From NCBI GenBank assembly GCA_964347855.1, contig CAYGAE010000003.1, positions 1 through 39,147 on the forward strand: DNA of 39,147 nucleotides, in the 5' to 3' direction. Below the pieces are notes generated by a model. It saw only the letters and a program-made list of their open reading frames with translations. It was not told where the DNA came from and ran no database searches. This DNA is from an uncultured Candidatus Bathyarchaeia archaeon (GTDB lineage Archaea > Thermoproteota > Bathyarchaeia > Bathyarchaeales > Bathyarchaeaceae). A program made the translations under genes and the position numbers. Shown here in pieces: positions 9,105 through 15,941 of the stretch (within the stretch, counting starts at the first letter, position 1; every line of letters begins with the position of its first letter).

Positions 9105-10834
9105 GCGGCTTCTCTCCCCAAAACGGCTGCAACATTAGCCACAATTTGAGCATCTGTAAACCGTCGCAAGGTAATCGCTCGGTCGGGACAACTTGCGCTA
9201 CAGATCCCACAGCCCTTACATAGGTCTTCGTCCACTTGCGCAATCCCCATTTCATTCTTCTTTACGGCGCCAGTGGGGCAGACTACCGCGCAGAGGTTGC
9301 ACCCAGTACACAAAGTTTCATCGATCACTGCTTTGTCAGCTTCACACAACTCCTCGCTTCCGAGACATTCAGTGCATGGTCCGCATTCGAGACACCTCCG
9401 GGCTTCGAACATGGCGACTTCTTTAGTCGTCGCTAGGAGTTCATCGGCTTTCTCAAAGCTTACTTTCTGTCTCCCCACGTCTAGGTGTGGAACGGTATAT
9501 CTCTCAGGCTTTTTGGTCATCTTTTCCGAGTCTTTAACCCAAGTTGTCTCTTCAATTTCCTCTTCTCGACCAATCCTCAAATCCTCGCCATTCAAATAAC
9601 GGCCTATTGACTCCGCCGCTCGTTTGCCTGCACCTACAGCCTCTATTACGCTTGCAGGACCGGTGACTATGTCACCTCCTGCAAAAACACCAGGGATCCT
9701 AGTTTCCAGTGTTAATGGATCAACCGAAATACCACGTGCACGCTCATCCAAAAGAATGGAAGGTAGACATGAAGTTTCCGCCAGTTGACCGATTGCCGCA
9801 ATTACTGTATCCGTCTCATACGTGTGCTCAGACCCTTGGATGGGTATTGGACGCCTTCTGCCGCTTGCGTCAGGTTCTCCCAGCTCCATCCTCAAACATT
9901 CTATAAGCTTGATCCTGCCTCCCTCACCAATAATTTGCTTGGGTGCAACTAGAAATTGGAACTTAACTCCTTCTTCTCTTGCAGCATCTATTTCGTGGGG
10001 AAGTGCTGGCATTTCTTTCCGGGAGCGACGGTAGAGAATCGTGACCTCTTTTGCCCCAAGTCTTAGCGATGTGCAAGCGGCATCGATGGCGCTGTTGCCT
10101 CCTCCGATGACCGCAACTTTCTCGCCTACGTCAATCGTTTTTCCTAGGGATACATGCCTTAAGAATTCAACTGCGTGAAAAACACCCTCCAAATCTTCGC
10201 CCGGTATCCCCAGTTTTGTGCTCAATTGTGCTCCGTTCGCTATGAATGTGGCTTTGTAGCCCTCATTTCGTAGAGTGTCAAGCTGTACGTCTTTGCCGAA
10301 TTCTACTCCTGTCTTGATCTCCACACCTAGATCTTGGATGTACGCTATTTCATTATTTACAACATATTTTTGCAGACGATAGTCAGGGATACCGTATCGC
10401 ATCATGCCGCCAGGTTCAGGCATACGCTCAAAAACTGTAACTGGATAGCCGAGTTTTGCGAGTTCGTATGCAGCGCTCAGTCCTGCTGGTCCCGCGCCAA
10501 CTATCGCCACTTTTTCACGGTGCGTTTTGGGTATGGGATCTGGTTTGATTCGCCCTTGTTCACGTTCAATGTCTGCAGCAAGTCTTTTCAAATAACGAAT
10601 GCCCACAGGCTGATCGATGTTTCTTCTTGAACACGCATCCTGGCAAGGGCTGAAGCAGACTCTGCCGCAAATTGCCGGAAAAGGCATGCTCTTTCTCACT
10701 AGTTCCACCGATTCTTTGAACTTCCCTTGCTGAAGTAGGGCAATATATCCCTGAACATTCACGTCGGCAGGACATGCGGCACGACAGGGAGGTAGCTTCC
10801 GTTTGTTCTTGAAAGCGCAACTAAGAGCGGTCAT
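9101..10834 (-). CDS. GltD/NfnB-family NAD(P)H-dependent FAD oxidoreductase with a C-terminal HdrA-style 2x[4Fe-4S] ferredoxin tail
   Basis: 577 aa. The N-terminal Cys region is CRAACPADVNVQGYIALLQQGKFKESVELVRKSMPFPAICGRVCFSPCQDAC. Two dinucleotide folds are present (VAIVGAGPAGLSAAYELAKLG; VAVIGGGNSAIDAA), as is GVFAGGD. The C-terminal ~100 aa add CTGCNLCAVVCP and CKGCGICSASCP and end with AITLRRFTDAQIVANV, the same tail seen at the end of the HdrA ferredoxin domains in this window. Confidence 0.85.
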   Translation of the reverse strand: MTALSCAFKNKRKLPPCRAACPADVNVQGYIALLQQGKFKESVELVRKSMPFPAICGRVCFSPCQDACSRRNIDQPVGIRYLKRLAADIEREQGRIKPDPIPKTHREKVAIVGAGPAGLSAAYELAKLGYPVTVFERMPEPGGMMRYGIPDYRLQKYVVNNEIAYIQDLGVEIKTGVEFGKDVQLDTLRNEGYKATFIANGAQLSTKLGIPGEDLEGVFHAVEFLRHVSLGKTIDVGEKVAVIGGGNSAIDAACTSLRLGAKEVTILYRRSRKEMPALPHEIDAAREEGVKFQFLVAPKQIIGEGGRIKLIECLRMELGEPDASGRRRPIPIQGSEHTYETDTVIAAIGQLAETSCLPSILLDERARGISVDPLTLETRIPGVFAGGDIVTGPASVIEAVGAGKRAAESIGRYLNGEDLRIGREEEIEETTWVKDSEKMTKKPERYTVPHLDVGRQKVSFEKADELLATTKEVAMFEARRCLECGPCTECLGSEELCEADKAVIDETLCTGCNLCAVVCPTGAVKKNEMGIAQVDEDLCKGCGICSASCPDRAITLRRFTDAQIVANVAAVLGREAA

Positions 10835-10892
10835 ACTTTTGGAAGACCCCCATTGTTATTCGCTTATTGAGAACTAAAAAAAGGGGCATTGA

Positions 10893-11486
10893 TTAAAGGC
10901 TCAGAATTCGCGGTTGACCTAGCTTGTTCACCAACGTTTTATATTGGGGTAGCTTCATCAAATCCCTTAACTCTTCTTCTAATGTGATTACGTTGTTAGG
11001 TTTGATTTCGGCTATCCATAATTCATGCGGCTCTTTGTTGATTATGAATGGCTCGTCTTGCAGACCTTCATTGATTTTGATGACTCTGCCACTGACTGGA
11101 GAGGTTAGGTCGAACATGAACATCCACGTTTCAACAACCCCTAGGGGCTCTCCCTTCTTCACTTCAAATCCGACATGATGCGTCTGGATACTAGCTACTC
11201 CTTTCAAACGCCTTTGGGCGTAGTCGGCTAAGCCTACTCTTATGTTTCCTTCAGGAGTCACCATTGCCCACATGTGCTCAGGGGTGTAAAGCAGCCGTTC
11301 TTGGACTACTGGATATTCAGGCCGCTTCTCAGCTGTCTTCTCATGTCTTCGCTCAAGTTCATCAAGGCGCACTCGAATAGCTTCAGACACAAACTCGGAG
11401 AGACTACGGTAGCGGCCCTTCTCGAGCGTCCTCTTTGCCGCTGCCACGAGTTCTTGTCTAAGGCGTATAGTTTTCCATTCTGGCAT
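10893..11486 (-). CDS. Ribbon-helix-helix (CopG-like) domain fused to a glycine-cleavage-H-like domain lacking the lipoyl-lysine; putative regulator
   Basis: 197 aa. The N-terminus (KTIRLRQELVAAAKRTLEKGRYRSLSEFVSEAIRVRLDELE) fits an RHH pattern. Residues ~65-165 align colinearly with GcvH (YTPEHMWA...VGLADYAQ..L...GEPLGVVETWMFMFDLTSPVSGRVIKINE...P..IN.EP). The position of the lipoylated Lys (ESVKA in E. coli GcvH) is Met (codon 11121-11123). Confidence 0.75.
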   Translation of the reverse strand: MPEWKTIRLRQELVAAAKRTLEKGRYRSLSEFVSEAIRVRLDELERRHEKTAEKRPEYPVVQERLLYTPEHMWAMVTPEGNIRVGLADYAQRRLKGVASIQTHHVGFEVKKGEPLGVVETWMFMFDLTSPVSGRVIKINEGLQDEPFIINKEPHELWIAEIKPNNVITLEEELRDLMKLPQYKTLVNKLGQPRILSL

Positions 11487-11508
11487 GTACTTTTCTCCTG
11501 TCTCTTAC

Positions 11509-12099
11509 TTAGTGAAGCCGACCGTCAAGTCTAGCAACTAGTTTCTTGTACTCTCCTAAACTTAGCAGCCCGTTCATCCACGAGTTAACTTCTGTGTTCT
11601 CAGGCTGGATCTCAACAATCCATTGATAGGGTTCGACGTTCAATCTGAATGGGTCGTCGATGACCGTCTTGTTGACTGAGAGTATCTCTCCGTTTAATGG
11701 AGAATATAGGTCGTATGTGAACCACCAGGTTTCAGCTACACCAAAGGGTTCATCTTTAGAAACCTCCTTTCCGACATCATCTGTTCGAATATTGACTATC
11801 TCTCGGAGTTGGCCCTGGAAATAATCAGTTATCCCGATCTTTACATTTCCTTGAGGAGTTGCTTGGGCCCAGATGTGTTCTGGCACGTAGAACAACCGCG
11901 CTTGCAGTTGAAGCGTTCTGCTGACCCTATCTCGCTCCAGATATTCCGATACTCTTTCTTTGGCTAACGTTTGTAGGCGACTTCGAATGGCTTCTGAAGC
12001 GAATTCAGTGAGGCTTTGATACTGTCTTTTCTCTACTTCTTTCTTCATTTCATCTGCGAGTTCTTGTCGAATCCTTACAGTTTTCCATTTTTGCGGCAT
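11509..12099 (-). CDS. Paralogous RHH + GcvH-like (lysine-less) protein; putative regulator
   Basis: 196 aa with the same architecture as 10893-11486 (KTVRIRQELADEMKKEVEKRQYQSLTEFASEAIRSRL; YVPEHIWAQ...IGITDYFQGQL...DEPFGVAETWWFTYDLYSPLNGEI). The lipoyl-Lys position is Trp (codon 11722-11724). A strong AGGAGGTGG lies just upstream of the ATG. Confidence 0.75.
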   Translation of the reverse strand: MPQKWKTVRIRQELADEMKKEVEKRQYQSLTEFASEAIRSRLQTLAKERVSEYLERDRVSRTLQLQARLFYVPEHIWAQATPQGNVKIGITDYFQGQLREIVNIRTDDVGKEVSKDEPFGVAETWWFTYDLYSPLNGEILSVNKTVIDDPFRLNVEPYQWIVEIQPENTEVNSWMNGLLSLGEYKKLVARLDGRLH

Positions 12100-12209
12100 A
12101 CATATACCACCTCCTTTCTATCGAGAGGTATCTATATTCTGAGCTCTATAAATACATAATCTTTATATTTTACTAATGATAAATACTATAAATACCATGG
12201 GTGGGTCAG
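12100..12209. promoter_or_regulatory. AT-rich divergent promoter region between the RHH-GcvH-like/hdr operon and the abrB-phoU gene
   Basis: Several TATA-like elements are present. The octamer ATAAATAC occurs three times (12148-12155, 12179-12186, 12188-12195), and CTATAAATAC occurs twice (12146-12155 and 12186-12195). Confidence 0.5.
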
Positions 12210-13256
12210 ATGGAGACTAGAAAGTTACAAAAAGTTGGCCACTCAACCCTATCGGTCTCTCTGCCAAGCGACTGGGTTAAGGACATGGACTTGAAACGTG
12301 GGGACATTGTATCCATCGAGTCAGAAAAAGATGGCTCACTCAAGCTATTTCCAAGCAAGCTTCTCCAGCAAAATGAAGAAATCGAGGAATACTTCTGCAA
12401 CGCCGATTTATGCGATGATCCAAAAATGTTGGAACGAATAATAGTCGGTAATTACATCTTGGGTCGTGACCTTTTCTCGATAATATCTTCTGAAAGGATG
12501 AGTACTGAACATATCGAAGAAGTCCGGGGAATAATGCGTAAACTGATTGGGTTGGGAATTGTCGAGGAGACACCAGATCGTATTACTATTCAGTGCTCTG
12601 TTGATCCGCGAAAATTCCACCTAGACATGCTGTTGCGAAGGCTTTCAATAATTTCGCTGACCATAGTAAAGGAAGCAATACAAGCACTCACAGATTTCGA
12701 TGAGGCACTAGCAAAAGATGCTATAGATCGAGAGGACGAGGCCGATATGATGTTTTTGCTGGCCATGAGGTTACTCATTTCTGCACAAAGAAGAAGAAAT
12801 ATAGCTGATGAAATAGGATTGACGGACCCTCTGCATATTCTATACTTTGGATTGATGTTGAGATATCTTGAGCTAGTTGCTGATTACGCTGAAGAAAATG
12901 CACGCAGAGTTATTGAACTGATAAATAAATATCAGGATAGGTTGCCTGAATGGGTAATCGAAAGAATAAGCAACCTGAATGACTTAGCCCATGACTTAGT
13001 CCTGAAAGCTGTTGATTGCTTCTTCATTGGCGACATCAAGATCGCAAACAGCGTCTTGGAAATGTTGACATTCATTGAGCTAGAAAGAGACAGATTGATA
13101 CAGGAACTTCCGGAGATACCCCATTTGAGGTTGATACTTTGGAACATCACTAGAATAGCAGCCATGGGTGTGGGTATCGCCTTGAAAGCAATCAACAATA
13201 CTCTTGAAAAGAAAACTAAGATATGCACAACCCGATGGTCAACAAGCTTCAAATAG
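12210..13256 (+). CDS. AbrB/SpoVT-domain + PhoU-like-domain regulator
   Basis: The N-terminus (METRKLQKVGHSTLSVSLPSDWVKDMDLKRGDIVSIESEKDGSLKLFP) is a swapped-hairpin AbrB/MazE-type motif. It is followed by ~280 aa of helical PhoU-like repeats (DREDEADMMF...), a common archaeal architecture. The ORF track starts at GTG 12201; ATG 12210 is preferred. Confidence 0.7.
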   Translation: METRKLQKVGHSTLSVSLPSDWVKDMDLKRGDIVSIESEKDGSLKLFPSKLLQQNEEIEEYFCNADLCDDPKMLERIIVGNYILGRDLFSIISSERMSTEHIEEVRGIMRKLIGLGIVEETPDRITIQCSVDPRKFHLDMLLRRLSIISLTIVKEAIQALTDFDEALAKDAIDREDEADMMFLLAMRLLISAQRRRNIADEIGLTDPLHILYFGLMLRYLELVADYAEENARRVIELINKYQDRLPEWVIERISNLNDLAHDLVLKAVDCFFIGDIKIANSVLEMLTFIELERDRLIQELPEIPHLRLILWNITRIAAMGVGIALKAINNTLEKKTKICTTRWSTSFK

Positions 13257-13348
13257 AAAAGGAAAGATTATGTGTAAATTCTGACCGACAGTTAATAATT
13301 GGAGCCATCTCACTGAGATTACTCGCCCTACCTACATGCGTGCTCTTC

Positions 13349-13525
13349 TCACTTTGTAGACTTCTTTTCTATCAGAATTTTTCCATCTCTCATCGCGATC
13401 CATCTCAATATATCACCATCTTCAAGCTTCAACAAGTTGAATATCTTGGCCGGAACAGTTGTCCTGTGCCTATACTTTCTGACTGTGACCTTCGTCTCTT
13501 CCACATAGAGGACATCTTCTAGCAT
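13349..13525 (-). CDS. Small stand-alone AbrB/SpoVT-like protein (58 aa), below the ORF-track length cutoff
   Basis: Hand translation of the minus strand gives MLEDVLYVEETKVTVRKYRHRTTVPAKIFNLLKLEDGDILRWIAMRDGKILIEKKSTK*. The pattern (x-TVPAKI...L.L..GD.L.W....DG.I.I.K) is typical of AbrB/MazE-type DNA-binding domains. ATG at 13525-13523, TGA at 13351-13349. Confidence 0.55.
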   Translation of the reverse strand: MLEDVLYVEETKVTVRKYRHRTTVPAKIFNLLKLEDGDILRWIAMRDGKILIEKKSTK

Positions 13526-13649
13526 TTTAACCCCTGGAATCGTTGTCGAATTGAATAATTGTCCTGCATAATACTAAAAGGATTATGCGCACGTGCTCAC
13601 TTAGTTACTACGTTAAGGGAGTAAAATTTAAATAGGGGAGGACCGATAT

Positions 13650-13691
13650 ATTGGTATACTACCAACACCTATTGGTATCCTACCAACACCT
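13650..13691 (+). promoter_or_regulatory. Two tandem 21-bp repeats, each containing the palindrome TTGGTA-N3-TACCAA; candidate operator pair
   Basis: attggtatactaccaacacct (13650-13670) and attggtatcctaccaacacct (13671-13691) match at 20/21 positions. The inverted arms TTGGTA/TACCAA lie at 13651-13665 and 13672-13686. A TATA-like tttaaata sits at 13627-13634, just upstream. Confidence 0.55.
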
Positions 13692-13713
13692 ATCGCACAT
13701 AGAAGATGAAAAG

Positions 13714-14505
13714 ATGATATGGAACGAGATCCTAGCCCTTGTGATCGCGGGACTAGCGTGCGGATTCGTCGATGCTAGCTTGGGAATGGGTTACGGCGTT
13801 ACTTCTGCAACCGTTCTGGTCTCGTTTGGCATTGCTCCAGCGGTTGCAAGCGCCTCAGTTCACATGGCCGAAGCCGTCGTGGATTCAATATCCGCGGGCT
13901 CTCACCTGAAATTTGGTAATGTGAGAAAGGACCTCCTCGTGCCGTTGCTCATCTGTGGAACGATAGGAGCTGTCTTGGGAGCAGTGGGATTATCGTTTCT
14001 TGCCCTTAATGCGGCAAAACCGATTGTCGCTTCAATTCTTATGTGCATGGGACTAATCATATTGATTAAATTCCTTTTCCGGTGGAAAAGAGTCGAAAAG
14101 CCTTCGCCTTTATCAGGTTCAGAAGGGGAGACAAACTATTCGAGGAAAAAACTCGCTGCACTTGGTTTCGTGGCTGGGTTTATAGACGCTTCAGGTGGCG
14201 GTGGATGGGGCCCAATCCTCACACCAGCCTTCGTAGCAACGGGATCTACTCCCAAAAAGGCTGTGGGAACGGTAGAGTTTACTGAGCCAATAATCTCAAT
14301 AGCTGCATTTGTAACCTTTGGCCTCATCATAGGCTTCGAGAGTTTTCTATGGAACATAGTCGTTCCAATCATAATAGGAGGAATTATTCTTACTCCAATA
14401 GCCGCTTATGTATGCTCAAAGACACCTCGAAGACTGCTAGGAATACTCGTTGGATTATGGGTTGCCGTTCTCAACATTCGAACGCTGATAATGATGCTCT
14501 TGTGA
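13714..14505 (+). CDS. TauE/SafE (TSUP) family anion permease (sulfite/organosulfonate exporter-like)
   Basis: Polytopic membrane protein with the duplicated family motif (GFVDASLGMGYGVTSATVLV and GFIDASGGGGWGPILTPAFV). An alternative TTG start at 13651 is preceded by GGGGAGG (13634-13640) and would add a 21-aa repeat-encoded extension. Confidence 0.8.
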   Translation: MIWNEILALVIAGLACGFVDASLGMGYGVTSATVLVSFGIAPAVASASVHMAEAVVDSISAGSHLKFGNVRKDLLVPLLICGTIGAVLGAVGLSFLALNAAKPIVASILMCMGLIILIKFLFRWKRVEKPSPLSGSEGETNYSRKKLAALGFVAGFIDASGGGGWGPILTPAFVATGSTPKKAVGTVEFTEPIISIAAFVTFGLIIGFESFLWNIVVPIIIGGIILTPIAAYVCSKTPRRLLGILVGLWVAVLNIRTLIMMLL

Positions 14506-14641
14506 AATAGAGGAAGGTTGAATGCAAGATCAGCGTGTAAGCTCTTTCCTTCTGGTAATTACATTTCCCTCACTTGGGAAAAGGATATGCGATTAACTCT
14601 TTTTTATTTCCAAAAGTGAGTACTAAATTAAGTGGGGAAGT

Positions 14642-15151
14642 ATGAAAATGGGTCAAAAATATTCTCATCAACTAATCACTGGAATCTCTTTTGGTATGAC
14701 CACGGCAGTAATTACATCTCTTGGAATGATTGTCGGTATGTATTCTGCCACTTCCTCGAAATTAGCAGTCGTTGCCGGGATTGTGGTTATGGCAATAGCT
14801 GATGGCTTATCTGACGCTGTAAGCTTACATACTGCTGAAGAGGCAGAAGTTGAGAAAGGAAGAGGTAAACACACGAAAAAGGAAATTTGGCTAACAACCC
14901 TCTTCGCCTTTGTTTCAGTCTCAAGTTTTACCTTGACTTTTACAATACCCATTTTACTTTTTCCTGCAGATACTGCTATTCCTCTTGCGATTGCTTGGGG
15001 AATGCTGCTTCTCGTTCTTCTCAATTTTTACATTGCCAAGATCAGGAAGGAAAGTCCATCAAAACTTATCTCAGAACATGTTCTATTGGCGATATTCGTT
15101 ATCATCGTTTCTTATGTGGTTGGCAATTTGGTAGCCATAGGGTTTAACTAA
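14642..15151 (+). CDS. Small integral membrane protein, distantly VIT1/CCC1 (DUF125)-like
   Basis: 169 aa with 4-5 predicted TM helices. GISFGMTTAVITSLGMIVGM and AIADGLSDAVSLHTAEEAE resemble the conserved VIT-family segments. The functional call is tentative. Confidence 0.55.
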   Translation: MKMGQKYSHQLITGISFGMTTAVITSLGMIVGMYSATSSKLAVVAGIVVMAIADGLSDAVSLHTAEEAEVEKGRGKHTKKEIWLTTLFAFVSVSSFTLTFTIPILLFPADTAIPLAIAWGMLLLVLLNFYIAKIRKESPSKLISEHVLLAIFVIIVSYVVGNLVAIGFN

Positions 15152-15290
15152 AAGCACGCATTTGGGGAAAGTATTCACAGAGTCTGTATGTGCGAGTGAA
15201 GTCTTAAGAAACGGGAGTGGCTTCTGTTTGGGCGCCCTGAATTCAAGAGCCCTGTTGCGCGAGTATTCTATCATCCCCCAATTGCGCTGG

Positions 15291-15551
15291 TTATTTTGTT
15301 CCCTCACTTACTATCATAGTTTGGGTCGATCTTACTCCATCTAGTCGTCGCAAGCGCGATGTAACAATCTCCTTGATTTTGGCTACGGTGGGCGCCTCGA
15401 TTCTTGCCACAACATCCCAGATGCCGTAGATTCGATAGGCTTCTTCCACCGCCTCAATTTCTTTGAGTGCTTCGATGACTTTCCTATCAGTCGCTACTTC
15501 GGTGTTTATTAATACAAAGGCAGTAAATCTAGGCGTCCGTTTTTTCAGAAT
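15291..15551 (-). CDS. Stand-alone Lrp/AsnC ligand-binding (RAM) domain protein; no canonical start codon in frame
   Basis: Stop-to-stop minus-strand frame encodes (I)LKKRTPRFTAFVLINTEVATDRKVIEALKEIEAVEEAYRIYGIWDVVARIEAPTVAKIKEIVTSRLRRLDGVRSTQTMIVSEGTK*, a typical AsnC_trans_reg-type domain. There is no in-frame ATG/GTG/TTG before the domain. AGGAGGGG lies ~6 nt upstream of an in-frame ATT (15551-15549) followed by CTG. Confidence 0.45.
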   Translation of the reverse strand: MLKKRTPRFTAFVLINTEVATDRKVIEALKEIEAVEEAYRIYGIWDVVARIEAPTVAKIKEIVTSRLRRLDGVRSTQTMIVSEGTK

Positions 15552-15583
15552 CGATTACCCCTCCTGCGTTTCCATTTCTTTCT

Positions 15584-15778
15584 CTACTCATATCGTCGTA
15601 GATATAGCGGTCTGCTGGCCTCTCTTATTTTCTCTTCGCGAGTCAAGACCTTGAAGCTCCCCCGAGTTTTTAGCCTCTCCAAATCTAAGTGCTCCTCTTC
15701 AGCCTTCAGACTTTGCATAATCTTTCTCAATACATGAGAACTCAGTTGCTTTCTGCTCAAGTAGGATTCCCCGGTCAC
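15584..15778 (-). CDS. Hypothetical small protein (64 aa if started at GTG 15778)
   Basis: The ORF track gives 104 aa from 15898, but the first 40 aa are AT-rich and low-complexity and overlap a TATA-like stretch (aaaatttttaaa, minus strand). GTG at 15778 lies ~24 nt downstream of that element, which could make it leaderless. No recognisable domain. Confidence 0.3.
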   Translation of the reverse strand: MTGESYLSRKQLSSHVLRKIMQSLKAEEEHLDLERLKTRGSFKVLTREEKIREASRPLYLRRYE

Positions 15779-15916
15779 ATAATGATTCTTACACACAGGT
15801 TTAAAAATTTTATGAATTGAAAGTGAATAATAAAAGGCATATATGTGGCAAGTAATAAATACTCTATATACCACCTGTGAAACAAAAGGAAGTTCCACCC
15901 TAAAAACATGGAAGAT

Positions 15917-15932
15917 GCGCGCGCGCGCGCGC
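15917..15932. repeat. (GC)8 alternating purine-pyrimidine tract
   Basis: gcgcgcgcgcgcgcgc read directly, flanked by AT-rich sequence. It lies between two small minus-strand ORFs. Confidence 0.9.
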
Positions 15933-15941
15933 TATACTAGG

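Noticed and set aside
13223-13522. 99-aa plus-strand ORF downstream of the PhoU-like gene.
   Set aside because: It is antisense to a much more protein-like 58-aa AbrB-type ORF, shows no domain pattern, and overlaps the end of the PhoU-like gene.
13566-13596. Hairpin GCATAAT-N9-ATTATGC (13566-13588) and palindrome GCACGTGC (13589-13596) in the abrB/tauE spacer; also a CTCCTT/AAGGAG mini-palindrome near 28549-28566.
   Set aside because: The stems are short (5-8 bp) and could arise by chance in AT-rich spacers. There is no flanking T-tract or repetition to support a terminator, riboswitch or operator role.
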